Under the pieces are notes generated by a model. That model worked only from the letters and a program-made list of their open reading frames with translations, searched no databases and was not told the origin of the DNA. This document shows positions 26,600-39,939 of a stretch of 64,000 nt of DNA, piece after piece. This DNA comes from Octopus vulgaris (taxonomy: Eukaryota), in assembly GCA_951406725.2 (NCBI GenBank), contig OX597817.1:121024001-121088000 (forward strand). The letters are read 5' to 3'. The position numbers were made by a program, and so were the translations under genes. Positions within the stretch are counted from its first letter, which is position 1, and each line of letters starts with the position of its first letter.

Positions 26600-27140
26600 T
26601 TTTAATAAATATGCAATTTTAGCCCTGTTGTGAAAATTAATCTGATTAGTTGTTAATACTTCTTAGACCTTCATCAGAGAAAGTATACTTGTCTATAGAT
26701 GAGGATCCCAAGAACATCAGTCCCATATTTTTACCCACATGATAAAACCTGTATTTTACTTTTCATTGTGAGGCTAAGATAGCATGTTTATTTAAATTCT
26801 TTGGACTATTTAAATTCAGTTCTCTCATTTAGAAGCTCATCTATTACTGGGATGGGATGGATTGTTCTTTTGTAATTCTTTAGTCATATCAATTGATTAA
26901 TCACAGTTTTTCACAGTCTTTCACCTAAGAACTCAGCTCCAACTCAATATTTTCATAACAAACATACTCTCTAAGAATTGCCATCTGGATCTGTAAGTAT
27001 GTATGAAAACATTTATTCAAGATCCAACTAGATCTGAAGTATATATGAAAACACTTATTAAAGTATGTTGCTATTTCAGTTTTATTTTCAAGTGTTTAAG
27101 CTCAAAGAGATCAACCATTGAACTTTAATAAGACTTTCTA
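26600..27140 (-). mobile_element. Possible very degenerate PLE 3' end (GIY-YIG tail plus decayed HHR)
   Basis: Minus strand gives LENKTEIATYF..WILNKCF..RVCLL*KY across frameshifts; downstream CTGATGA-AGGTCT...AGGGCT-AAAA at about 26615-26678. Confidence 0.3.
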
Positions 27141-28791
27141 GTAATCTGTTACATAGCACATCATATTTAAATAAGGATGAGAACATTTGAAAAGTTTCTG
27201 TGATCATCTGCATAGCCAGCAGCTTGAAAGTCATACTTCAATAACGCATTATATACTGAACTACAATGAATACTAACACAAAACTGAAGCTGGAGGCACA
27301 GCACATCTGAATTAGAGATAATATCTCCGATAATGAATCATTATGATTGTCCTTTCAGAAAAGGAGGGGAAATGATTTCAAAGCAGAACCATGGGTACAA
27401 ATATTCTTATGAAGAATTACCAAAAGAATAAAAGCATCTACACAAGATTTTGCTATCAGTAGTCATCATTTAACTGTACAGAAAATTTAAGCATTCAAGT
27501 ACTGGGAGGCTTATTGTAATGAACTGAATTATTAAAACATGAAAAAATAATTAGGAGTTATATACAATGTATCCCATAAATCTATATTGTTTTTGATATA
27601 AGTTAGGGTTCAATGCTGCTTTGTATTTTTGTTTAAGTGATTCATTGATAATAATCTTCCCATCCTTTACAAATGTTGCTCACCTCCCTCTCTCCAATTT
27701 CCCCCTGACCTCCCCCTCATATCCATTCTTGCAAACCCCCATGCACTACTACTCACCTTGTATCTTGAGATGCTGCCTGGACACATCATCATCATTACTA
27801 TTTATCATTTATCTCTTTGGAGGTACCATCAATTTGTTCTCATTCTCTCTCCTGGATGTAGCTTCTTAACAGTATGAACCTGCTCTGCCTCAACCTCTTC
27901 TCTCATACTTTAACCTCCATCTACCATAAAGATGCATCCCCTATTTCCTTGGATTTAATAGGTTTGTGAGCTGCATGGTGACCCCAATAGTGCATCCAGT
28001 ATACACTGTAAAGTGGTTTGCATTAGAAAGTGCAAGTAGACATAGAAACCATGCCAAAGCATACACTGTAGCACAATGCAGTCATTGGACCCATGGGAAC
28101 TTTGTCAAACTGCCCAGCCCATATCAGCATAGAACATAGACATTAAGTGGTGATGATGATGATGATGATTATGGTGATGGTGGTGACAAGTAATGAGCTA
28201 ATGACATGCCTCAACTCACAGATTTGTTTTTTCCAGTTATACTACACATCAGCCTAGCTGAATACCATACAATGCAACCCAACATGCAGTAGAAGATTGT
28301 ATGAGCAGGTGAGCCAGAGAAATATATTTATAATTGTGGAAGAGCAGCACTGTGTAATTAAGTTTGTTTATGAATCTCATGGTCTTAGGTTCATTTTCAC
28401 TCATGGCACTTTGTCTGACTAAGTGTCTTCTGCAACAGACCTGGACTGATCAAATCCTTGTGAGTGGCTTTGATAGACAGAAACTATAAGAAACCAATTG
28501 TGTGTGTGTGTGCGTGTGCACATGTGTGTGTGTGTGTGTGTGCATGCATGTGTGTATGTGTGAAAGTGTTTGTGTTTCTTTGTCTTGACATCACATGACA
28601 GTTGTAAACAAGCATCATCATCATACAAACGGTGTCTTTTTTTTTCTAGTCTTCTGTGGAAACATGTCCAGCCATGAAAATTAAAAATAAAATCATGCTT
28701 GGAAATAGATGAGAGTTGATGACAGACAGGACACCTTACTATAATCTATTTATCTCAATAAATTCCTTCCAGCTTATGCAAATGTGGAACT

Positions 28792-29129
28792 GAGACCCCC
28801 TTCGGTCATGACACAGACCATGGGATTGCACCTAGAAAGTTACCCTCTCAGGCACAAGTCCGGGCAAGGTTGTTTATGGAAGACCAGTAGTCACCCATGC
28901 ATACTGGCCTCCCCTCTCCATGCCACCAGTGTTATCCAAGGGAAAGGCAATGGCCGATACAGCTTGGCACCTGTGATGTCGCAACTCATTTCTACAGCTG
29001 AGTGAACTGGAGCAACATGAAATAAAGTGTCTTGCTCAAGAACACAGCACACAGCCCGGTCCAGGATTCGAGCTCAAAACCTCACGATCGTAAGCTCGAT
29101 GCTCTAACCACTGAGCCATGCGCCTTCAC
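28792..29129 (-). mobile_element. SINE family D, full length (tRNA-Arg-like head plus CORE domain)
   Basis: 11-bp TSD AATGTGGAACT (28781-28791 / 29130-29140); head TGGCTCAGTGGTTAGAGC..TTACGAT..CTCGAATCC; GTGTTCTTGAGCAAGACACTTTA core. Confidence 0.92.
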
Positions 29130-30578
29130 AATGTGGAACTATGGACATTAATAAATGATAATGAAAAGTAAAGCTTTGTCAGTGAACAGGTCGCAGTCTC
29201 AAAGCAACGAAAACATTTTGACAAATCAAATTTAAACGTTGAAGTGAATCTAACGGTTTTGTGTGTTTCTTAAATGGCTTATAAACACCTTCCATGCTGC
29301 AATTGTTTTCGTTCCAGCACACGATCTCAGATCAAGTCACTCGCTATGCAAGTACATTTCCGTAAAAGTAAAAGAGTATTGTAGTTTCGAACCAGTTTCT
29401 TTACATCAGCATAACTTGCTGACTACTTCTCTGATGACGTCTACTAGAGCAGAGTTGTATTGCAAATATTTTGATGCCAGAATCTTTCAAGTGTAAAAAA
29501 ATTCTTGCATCAGTGTAAAAGCTCAAATCATAGTGTTAGTTCTAGGAATCAATCAGGTTAAAGCAAATATCTTTGATCCTGATTAGGTTCAATTTACTTC
29601 TAATCACACTAGAAACACTGCTCTCTATAGAGACATTGATTTTGTAAATTTCATAGGAAAAAAAAAACATACTTTTACTTTCTGAGTCATAGTTCTTTGA
29701 TATTAAGAATCTCCTCATTTTTTAAAAATCGCTTTTAGCTGATTAAAAAAAAATGTTGTTAGAGTAATTTTTTTATATGGCAAGAGGGAAGTTTTTGGCA
29801 AAACAGCATTGCATCCCTAGAATGTACAGCAGCTGTTACTTAAACAGTTAAAACTACTTAACTGTTGTACAGCATTTGATATACATGTATTTGTCTATGT
29901 TATTCATATATAAACCATTGGTCACTTTGAGTTATTGCTGGTTATGCTTGCATTTTTTTTTTCTTTTCATCTGTCCTTTACATTCAGAGTTCAAATTCTG
30001 CTAGGTCAGCTTTGCCTTTCATCCTTTCAGGGTCGATGAAATAGTTACCAGTCAAGCATTAAGTTATTGACTTACCCCAACTCCTGAAATTCCTGGCCTT
30101 GTACCAAAATTTGAAACCAGTATTTGTTTTGTTATCATCATCATCATGTATGATATATAAAGATGAGACATGGCCTATTTTGCCTCATAATTATATGTTA
30201 ATCTTTGATGTACCCACTAATGAGAACTTCACCTAGCAAATTATTTTATTTTCTAATTAAAGTTTGAAACCATGGTCTGGTAAGAAAATATGGTGAATGT
30301 TTTATTTTTCATTCCCTTCAAAATTACCCCTAACCGTGGTTTGGATTTTGACTGGTCCTTCTAGTATGTTAGGTGTCCTGTTAGGGTATCATTTATATGT
30401 TTAAATGTACACAAAATTTATATGAATAATATATAGTCTTTTGACTATTTTCTCCATGCTAGGCCACTGGTAGAAAAATTTCTATAATTGTCCTACCCTG
30501 TATATTTTTCCTAATATATATATAAACTCTTGCAATGTAAGTACTCATGGGCTGTTAGTGTTTTGTTTTTATTTCTTA

Positions 30579-30975
30579 GGTGCTGCAGTGGCTGTGTAGT
30601 AAGTAGCTTGCTTACCAACTACATGGTTCATTGTTCAGTCCCACTGAGTGGCACCTTGGAAAAATGTCTTCTACTATCGCCTTGGGCCGACCAAAGACTT
30701 GTGAGTAGATTTGGTAGATGGAAACTGAAAGAAGCCTGTTGTATATATATATGTGTGTATGTGTATATGTTTGTGTGTCTGTGTTTGTCCACCCACCAAC
30801 GTCTGACAACCGATGTTGGTGTGTTTACGTCCCTGTAACTTAGCAGTTCAGCAAAAGTCACTGATAGAATAATTACTAGGCTATATAGAATAAATCCTTG
30901 GGTCGATTTGTTCGACAACAGGCAGTGCTCCAGCATGGCTACAATCAAATGACTGAAACAAATAAAAAAGAAAAA
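30579..30975 (+). mobile_element. SINE family A
   Basis: Colinear with 14902-15390. Confidence 0.9.
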
Positions 30976-31007
30976 AGAACATATATATATTTATATATAT
31001 ATATATA

Positions 31008-31422
31008 TCATCATCATCATTTAACGTCTGCTTTCCATGCTTGCATGGGTTGGACAATTTGACCAAGGGCTGGCGAACCAGATGGCTGCACCAGGCTTCA
31101 ATCTTGATCTGGCAGAGTTTCTACAGGCTGGATGCCCTTCCTAACGCCAACCACTCTGAGATTGTAGTGGGTGCTTTTACATGCCACCGGCACAGGGCCA
31201 GTCAGGCAGCACTGGCAACGACCTTGCTCGAATCTTTTACTCATGCCACTGGCACAGGTGCCAGTAAGGTGATGCTGGTAACGATCACGCTCAAATGGTG
31301 TCTTTTATGTGCCACCATCATGTAGGCCAGATAGCCGCTCTGGCAACGATCACACTTGGATGGTGCTCTTAACACCTTACTAGCACGGGGCTCGAGTGCC
31401 AGTAAGGCGACGCTGGTAACGA
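31008..31422 (-). mobile_element. SINE family C with internal tandem units of about 60 bp
   Basis: (CAT)n tail, GGATGCCCTTCCTAACGCCAACC core, four GCCAG..CTGGYAACGA repeats. Confidence 0.85.
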
Positions 31423-31719
31423 TTACACACACATATATATATACATATATCTGTGTATGTATATATCTGTATATGTACATATACATACAAACTGTATATA
31501 TATTCTGAAAAATAATTGCAGAGTTAAATTGTTATGTATTTTTCGAAGTACATTTCATTTCTAACTTATCTTTTCAATGAGAACATGTTTCTTACTTTGA
31601 GGATTTGTAAAAAGAGACATCCACACTGACAGATTGTTATCAAAGTAAATGCTTATTCTGGATCTATTGTAAGAATGAGGAAAAAAGCAACATTTTTACA
31701 TCTTTCCTTTATCATATGA

Positions 31720-31750
<31 letters not shown>

Positions 31751-32041
31751 TATGAACAGAACCAGGATAATTCATGAGTTACAAAAGAATGACTTAGGAA
31801 AAGGGTGTTAATTTTTTTTATTATTATTTATAGCTGGAGTATGTCACTGAGCAATATAAAAAGGCACACACATATTTTCATGCATCTATAGCTGTGTGTG
31901 TGTGTGTGTGTGTTTGTATGTGCATATATACACACACATATATATATGCATATATATATATATGTATAATTATACATATATGTATACACATATGCATATA
32001 TACTTACATACATATATATATATATCTAAGTATATATACAC

Positions 32042-32076
<35 letters not shown>

Positions 32077-32682
32077 TATATATATGTGTGTGTGTGTATG
32101 TATATATATATTCATGCATTTATGTGTATGTATACATATATTGTATACATACATTTATGTGTGTATGTATATATATATTTATATATATATACACACATTT
32201 ATATGTGTGTATGTACGTGTGTATATATATATATATACACATACATTTATATGTGTGTATGTATATATATATAAATATATGTGTGTGTACACATAAACAC
32301 ACACATACACACAAAAGCACATAAAGTTTAAGAAAAATATAGTGGCAGTGAAATTTTCTTATGTTTTTTCCCCTATATCAGGAATACACTGATAAGAATA
32401 TATGTATATATATGAAAATGTCTATTTTTAACAGTAAAATAACCCTACAGGGATACAGATAGATACTTAGTAAAGACATTCTGTAAAAGATATCAGAAAC
32501 ATTGCTTTTTTTTTAATGTCATAATATTGATTTTCTTCTCTTTTCCTTTTTTTCATTTTACTCTTTGATGTCAGATTTGTCATAAAATACTGATGGTATA
32601 TCAGAAGCTAAAAGCCTAGGTAAACTATCCCAGTATACCTATGATTAGCTTATATGGAAGAATAAAATTTTAAATAAAATGC

Positions 32683-32714
<32 letters not shown>

Positions 32715-32770
32715 GCACAGTAGTAATAATAACAATAATGATGGTGATTATGATAGTAATAAGTTACTAT

Positions 32771-32826
<56 letters not shown>

Positions 32827-32984
32827 CACAAGCATACTGATAGGCAAATATCCACACACAGAAGGAAACAGATTTTAAAAATATATATAGGTGAATACTA
32901 AACTTAGAGAGAAATATATAAATTTCCATTTTTATTATGTACATAAATGTATATTTATATATACACACATATCAATATGCATAG

Positions 32985-33016
<32 letters not shown>

Positions 33017-33224
33017 ATATATATGTATATAAACACACATTCACATTGTATAATATGGGCAAAAGCATTGCTGTATGGTTGCGAAGTTCATATTACAATG
33101 ATGCAATTTTGAGTTCAGTCTCTTAGTGTAGCATTGTGGGTAAGTGTCTTCTGCTATAGCTGTGGCATGTCGAGGAATGTAAGAAGCTACAGAAAGTCTG
33201 TTGTGTGTGTGTGTGTGTATATAT

Positions 33225-33435
33225 AGTGGCAAGCTGGCAGAAACGTTAGCACGCCGGGCGAAATGTGTAGCTGTATTTCGTCTGCCGTTACGTTTTGAGT
33301 TCAAATCCCGCTGAGGTCGACTTTGCCTTTCATCCTTTCGGGTTCGATAAATTAAGTACCAGTTACACACTGGAGTCAATGTAATCGACTTAATCCGTTC
33401 GTCTGTCCTTGTTTGTCCCCTTGTGGGCAATAAAG

Positions 33436-33440
<5 letters not shown>
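33225..33440 (+). mobile_element. SINE family B (tRNA head plus Nin/Deu-domain-like core)
   Basis: GAGTTCAAATCCCG B box; GCCTTTCATCCTTTCGGG..CGATAAATTAAGTACCAG core; domain name assigned from memory. Confidence 0.85.
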
Positions 33441-33472
<32 letters not shown>

Positions 33473-33475
<3 letters not shown>

Positions 33476-33660
33476 GGAGAATGCACGTAAAAAACACAAG
33501 ACGAAGACAGGTGGTGTAGAAAACAAACAGATGTATTAGTATCATGCTTGAGAATTGAAAAAGTCCCTTACAATTTGAGCCTACGCTCTTTCCCAGAAAG
33601 GAACACAGAAATAAACAAGGAGAGAAAAAAATGTGTGTAGTGGCTACTGATAGTATGATA
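33473..33660 (-). mobile_element. PLE-derived terminal fragment with decayed HHR (33565-33600)
   Basis: Homologous to 45199-45400; GAGC-GTAG-GCTC stem II kept, core mutated. Confidence 0.65.
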
Positions 33661-33784
33661 ACAAGTCTGCTTCCCTTCCCACTACAAGACACTTTGGCTA
33701 AGTGTTTTCTACTATAGGCTCAGGTAAGCTGAAACTTGTGAGTGGATTCGAAAGATGGAAGCTAAATGAAGCTCATGCATGTCT

Positions 33785-33823
<39 letters not shown>

Positions 33824-34395
33824 CGCGTGTGTATGTGCGTGTGTATGTGTGTCTGCTTTTTTTGACATTGTGTGATAGTGGTACAATGATTGTCACTCTT
33901 ATACAAGCAATTTTCATTCATTTTCAATATTCTGCAAGAACACGTCTGACTGTGGGAAAATATTGCTTTGTTTGGAAACAGATAATGACTGGGAACAGAA
34001 ATCTACCTCAAGAATCTCCATCCAATACACCCAAACATGGGAAAGTAATGTTAAAAGGTTGATGGTGATATATATATATATATGTGTATGTATATGTATA
34101 TGTGCATGTGTATGTATGTGCTTGTGTGTTAATGTTTAACTATTCCAAACTGCTTGAATCAATTGGTGCTAATGTTGACATTATAGCCAGTCGCTCTGTG
34201 CTTTCAAAGAACTGTGGAATAAAGATACACCTCACTTGGAAAACAGATAATGGTTGACTACAGGAAAAACATCCAGCCATTTCCTGTCCATAACATGCTA
34301 GCATTAGAAAGAATGGACATTAAAGAAATGAATTAATGAAAATATACATACACTTACAAAATTATGCATGTATGTATATATATATATATGTGTGT

Positions 34396-34565
34396 GTAGT
34401 GAATGGGGAAAGTTTGGTTTGCAATGTTTGCAGTCGTGTATGCTTGTCAAGAGCAGGGCTCATTTGCCGCCAATGGAGCCACAAATGCAAAATATAAGTT
34501 AGTCCTAGAGCACACAATGTTCCTAAAGGTCAGCAATGGTCTTCCTCGGTCATGAGTGGATGGCC

Positions 34566-34568
<3 letters not shown>
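34396..34568 (+). mobile_element. 5'-truncated RTE-clade LINE 3' end
   Basis: VVNGESLVCNVCSRVCLSRAGLICRQWSH* matches the terminal C2H2 finger CxxCxRxCxSRxGLxSHxRxH; short 3' UTR running into (TA)n. Confidence 0.75.
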
Positions 34569-34602
<34 letters not shown>

Positions 34603-34607
<5 letters not shown>

Positions 34608-35014
34608 TAATAAATATTAGGAATAAATCCAAACTTACAGGGAAAAATCAGATCTAGGATTGAATCCAATTTTATAGTAAAATATTATATTATATTAAAT
34701 TAGAGACAAAACCACTATTATGCAAATCAAACAAAGAAAGACTTAAGCCAATACATAAATTAATTTATATTATTTAGAAATTTAACAATTATTAAAATCC
34801 ACTACGATCGTTTCATGTCTTCTTTTATCACATCTTTGAGTAGTAGACATTCTTCAGGTGGTTTCAAAATATTCTTGACTAGTTTTAAACAATTGTTTAA
34901 AAGTGGATTTTAATAATTGTTAAATTTCTAAATAATATAAATTAATTTATGTATTGGCTTAAGTCTTTCTTTGTTTGATTTGCATAATAGTGGTTTTGTC
35001 TCTAATTTAATATA

Positions 35015-35019
<5 letters not shown>
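34603..35019 (-). mobile_element. HHR-bearing element (PLE pseudo-LTR or retrozyme-like) with perfect 118-bp inverted duplication
   Basis: Arms 34686-34803 and 34902-35019 are exact reverse complements; (TA)n on both sides. Confidence 0.85.
34799..34861 (-). ncRNA. Type I minimal hammerhead ribozyme, intact core
   Basis: CCAC-CUGAAGA-AUGUCU(24-nt loop)AGACAU-GAAA-CGAUCG-UA-GUGG: 4-bp stem I, 6-bp stem II, palindromic stem/loop III, GUA cleavage triplet. Confidence 0.88.
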
Positions 35020-35074
<55 letters not shown>

Positions 35075-35181
35075 ATATATATGCACACATATATGAATAC
35101 ATACATTCATATTCACGTAATATATGGTATAATTATAAACAGGACAAATTTTAGTCATTTCCTAACTAATTAGTTACTCAC

Positions 35182-35325
35182 CTACGATTTGGTCACTTCA
35201 CTGAAATGCTTAAGCTTCAAGAATGAAGTTTTACCAGCTGGTTGAAGATCAGCTGGACAGAGTGTTAAGTGTGTTTTGAATGAATTTTGCTTCAGAAAAT
35301 GGTTATCTCCATCAGCATGAAACCT
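35182..35325 (-). other. Candidate 144-nt exon
   Basis: GTTTCTTTTCTGGTACAG acceptor and TAG|GTGAGT donor; only frame 0 is open and it ends in TAG at the last codon. Confidence 0.25.
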
Positions 35326-35927
35326 CTGTACCAGAAAAGAAACAACAACTGGTTTATTCAACATATTGGTGCTGAGTACACTTTCTTCCAGTCTATTCTT
35401 AATATGAATGTCTTTTCTATATCTTAATTATTATAAACCTCCCACTGAGTAGGGAGCTAGTTTCCAACAAACATACAAGACTTCATTTTTGGGACGTAGT
35501 TAACACAGGCAAATTCACATTTGGAACTTGAGAAAAGTCTTGCATATTTTTACTGTTCCACTCACAGATTGCACTTGTAATGTACGGATTAGCCGGTTGA
35601 TTTCTCTTTCTGAAAATCCCGGTTTATCCAGATTTTCTTTTAAGCATTTACTAACAAAACCTATTACTCCAATTATTGTTGGTATGAATATGAATTCATT
35701 GTCTTATGAATGTATGTATGTATGTATGTATATATGTGTGTGTGTGTGTATGTATGTATATATACATACATTCACACACACATGCATTTACATATATATA
35801 TATATTTTTTTATTTGTTTATAAGTGTCATTTCTTTCATATTTTTTGGTATGTTTATAAGTTAATTCACAACATTGGTAAATATGAATTTACTATATTCA
35901 TTTATTTTCATTGTTTTTTAAAATTCT

Positions 35928-36084
35928 AGGTGTGGCTGTGCGGTAAAGAGTTTACTTCCTAACCACATGGTTCTGGGTTCAGTTCCATTGTGTAGCAACT
36001 CGGGCAAGTGTCTTTTACTATAGCCTAGGGCTGACCAAAGCCTTTTGAATGAATTTGGTAGACAGAAACTGAAAGAAGCCCATC

Positions 36085-36126
<42 letters not shown>

Positions 36127-36320
36127 TTGCTCCCCCCACATCGCTCTTGACCGATGTTGGTGTGTTTGCGTCCCTATAACTTAGCAGTTCAGCAAAAGAG
36201 ACTGATAGAGTAAGTACCAGGCTTGCAAAGAATAAGTCCTGGGGTTGATTTCTTTGACTAAAAACATTCTGAGGTGGTGCTACAGCATGGCTGCAGTCAA
36301 ATGACTGAAGCAAGTAAAGG
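35928..36320 (+). mobile_element. SINE family A
   Basis: Colinear with other copies. Confidence 0.88.
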
Positions 36321-36430
36321 AATGAAAAAAAAAGAATAAAAGAGCTATATCAGTTTGTGTGAATATATATATTTCTATATGTTTACAATTATAATGATTA
36401 TATCAACATATGCTTGTTACCAATCCACTA

Positions 36431-37164
36431 GATCTTTTTCTGTTTGGCTGCCAAGGTTTTGAAAATCGAAGTTTATCAAAAAATTTTCAATTTGCTACAT
36501 AAATGTGGTTTTCCAAGCTGAATTGTTGAAGTTATTTCACTTTTTTCAGAAATATTTTTTTAAGAAAGTTATATAGGTTTCAAGTTTAAGCATTTTCACC
36601 CAATCAGAAAACAAGATTTGGAAGCTGTCATTTTTGTGCAGGACTGCACATTTTGTCAACATCCTGAAAATAGCACGTGTTGTCAATATTTGTACTCTAC
36701 ATGCAGGAAATTTTGTAATTTTAAGCCTTCAATATGCATTTAATGCGATGAATAGCACATCACAAATTAAATATTTCTCAAAATAAGAAAGTTATGGCAC
36801 AAACTTAAAAGATTTATCTAAAAACAAAATCAAACAGATCAGTAAAATTTTCAGGTGGTACCCACCTGAAAAGCAGTAGAATACAGCATCAGCAAGTGGT
36901 TTCAGTATATTTGTCAACACATGCTTTCTCACAGACAAAAGAATTCTCATGTTTGAGGCTTGTCACTATGAAACAGGTATGAATATGTCTGTGGCTTATG
37001 ATTGGCTAAAATTACCTAAAATTTTCAAACTTTAATAGCTAATGACTCTTTATTTATTGATTTATGGAGAAAACGATTTTCCTGGTATTGATTAGCCTAT
37101 AATTACACTGAATATGAAATCAATTTGAATCGAAATTGACCTTGACAGCCAAATAGAAAAGATC
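36431..37164. mobile_element. Non-autonomous DNA transposon with TIRs of about 27 bp, superfamily unassigned
   Basis: GATCTTTTTCTGTTTGGCTGCCAAGGT versus ACCTTGACAGCCAAATAGAAAAGATC; no clear TSD. Confidence 0.7.
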
Positions 37165-37671
37165 CAATTCACCTTAGAAAGGTTGGATATTTTACTAAAC
37201 TCCTCAAAATTCTTAATTCATTTCAAATTTATAAAACCAGAAGTGGTTCCCCCTCTTATATGGAATCTTCACTCTCTCTTCTATATCTCTGTAAACTCTC
37301 TCTCCCTCTCTTACTCTGGCAACTATTGGTAGCTGCAGCAATAGTCCCCAGGCCAAATTTCCCATGTGTGTGTTTCAAATTTAATTAAAAACAAAATAAA
37401 AAACAATGTGTTGTGTATTTCATTAGAAATATAATCATGAAAGGTCATAGGCAATGCCTGATATATCACAGTAAGTAATAGTTCTTGCAATTCTCAGTAT
37501 GTTAGTTTATATTTCATTATGTATCATCTGACTGACCAGACATGGTAGTTGATATTGCTACTATCACCAAATAGTGACAGCCATAGAACACCATTTCAGA
37601 ATGTCCAACACTAATTGACCAGAATTTACTGGAACTGGTATAAAGTGAGAATGTAATTAATTCCAATTCCT

Positions 37672-37704
<33 letters not shown>

Positions 37705-38187
37705 TCAGACAGACAGAGACAGAAAATGAGAAAGAAAGATAAAAAAAAGAAAAATCAGATGTGTGTGTGGAGAAAGAAAAAGAGTTGGAATGAAGGAAGG
37801 AAATAGAGAGCATGAAAGAAAGAATGAATGAAGGAGAACAGTGAGAGAGAGACAGAGAGAGAGACAGAGAGAGAGACAGAGAGAGACAGAGACAGAGAGA
37901 TGGGAAAACAAGTGTCAGAAAGATATTACGATAGAAATAAAATGGGTGGGGTGGGGTGAGGTAGCGATGGGGCAGAGAGGAAAAAGAAATAAAGGGAAAG
38001 ATCAAAGAACATTACAGGGTGATTGGAAGTAGAAACAGCAAATGAAAATTGAAATGTGGACAGAGAGAAATAACAAGGAGGGAAAGCAGGTAGGAAAGAA
38101 GGAATATTAAATAATATTAATATATTCACACTATTAATAGATCGAATTCTGATAACCATTATAATCAGACTTCTGAAAGAGTGAAAA

Positions 38188-38219
<32 letters not shown>

Positions 38220-38334
38220 CATTGTTGTTGTTGTTGTTATTATTATTATTATTAGTAGTAGTAGTAGTACTATTATTATTATTATCTTTATTATTCATTG
38301 GTTTGAGAAATACATCAAGAGTTTCTTTTCTCAC

Positions 38335-38375
<41 letters not shown>

Positions 38376-38469
38376 TTGAAATCATTATTTTTATCATTTT
38401 TATTATTGTAATTATTAGTGCATTGCTTTTTGTTGTAGTTTTTATCATCATCATCATCATCATCATCAC

Positions 38470-38523
<54 letters not shown>
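38188..38523. repeat. Compound (ATT)n/(GTT)n/(AGT)n/(ATC)n tract
   Basis: Direct reading. Confidence 0.95.
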
Positions 38524-38524
<1 letters not shown>

Positions 38525-39199
38525 TCAGTTAAACATTTTTTTTCTTTTTACTTCTGAATTTGAGATTCATAGCTACATTAATATGACTGCAGTACCACCA
38601 GGGAATATTCTTTTAGTCTGGAATAAAGAGTCAAGGAATTATTCACATATTGAGTATTGTCTGCAAGCATGATATTACAATAGATACTTTGGAAAAGCAA
38701 AAATTTTCTTCCTGTGTAATTTTCTTTTATTTCATATTTTATCTTATATTATTTTGTGCAATGTTTTTTTTTTTCCTATTTTAAAGAAAAGAACAAAGCA
38801 TTTTCTTTTTTTATTTACTTTATATAACATTTTTTTAAAAAATTCTTTGGATTTTTTTTTTTTTATCAATATTTAAAGTTATTCATGAGAAACACTGTTC
38901 ATGTAAGAATATCTCCTTGCATTAATTTCAATTATTATTTAATTTATTAGCACTGATTATATAAGCAAGATAAGAAAAACTCAACTATTAATGTCATAAA
39001 AGAACACTTTTGTTTATATATAAAGCTATAAAATGATGCAATAAAAGAGAGGAAGCTCAAATTTTTCATGTAAATTTTATTTTTAAGAGAAAGGACAAAT
39101 AAATAGCTATTTCTGTTTGCCGTTATTAAGTGCTGGGATCAATGTGATCAATTATATTCCTTTCCCCCAAATTTGTGGCCCGTGCCTTTGTTAGAAATC

Positions 39200-39765
39200 A
39201 TATTTCATTTCTCAGTTATATTTCTATTGTGCTTTCACTATGCAACCAAGTATAGCTCTGTATATGCAGTATTTTGTTTTCTATTTTCTTGTTGTAGGGT
39301 AAGTACTATACATAATATGTTTAAAGTGCCTAATAATGCTACTTTCTGTGTATTTTTGTTATGTGATTATATCATATTTTTCTTTAAAATCATATTTCCA
39401 ATAGCATATACTTTTACATTAACCATTTCGATTTTCAGTTCCCACACTCTGGTTATGGCTATTTCCAGTTCTTTATATTTGGTGAATTTCTCAATTTCTT
39501 TTAGAGATAAAATGTCTTCTGTTGGAATTGACACATCAGTTAGCAAATATTTCTATTCCTGATTGTCTTTGACAAAAATATCAGTGCAATTAACCTTAAT
39601 TTACCTGTCTGCATGAATTGTCATGTCTCCAAGTATGGTTACATTCTCAGAAATTTTTTGTTATATATATTTGTAGCATCTCCTTTCTCTGTTTATTTCA
39701 TGATATTGATATAATCTCCAGTGCATGAAAACTCTAAATTTGACATGATCGTGAAGATAGCTGCT
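39200..39765 (-). mobile_element. R4/Dong-like non-LTR retrotransposon, restriction-like endonuclease domain and 3' end
   Basis: Minus strand: HWRLYQY..ENVTILGDMTIHADR*IKVNCTDIFVKD..LLTDVSIP..KEIEKFTKYKELEIAITRVW..QKVALLGTLNIL. Confidence 0.85.
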
Positions 39766-39939
39766 CACCACCTCCACAGAAAAAACAGTTGCATTCACTT
39801 TAAGGATCGCTCATCTAAAAGGTGAAAGTTACTGTAAGTGGTGACATTACAAACAAAAATGTGTAAACTCTGATCAACCAGACCCATGATCAAATGCAAT
39901 ACAACTGTTGTGTTTTTACTAGTGTGTGACTGTGTGGTA

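Noticed and set aside
35233-35256. 13-nt match to the 3' half of miR-133 on the minus strand
   Set aside because: Seed absent and no precursor fold
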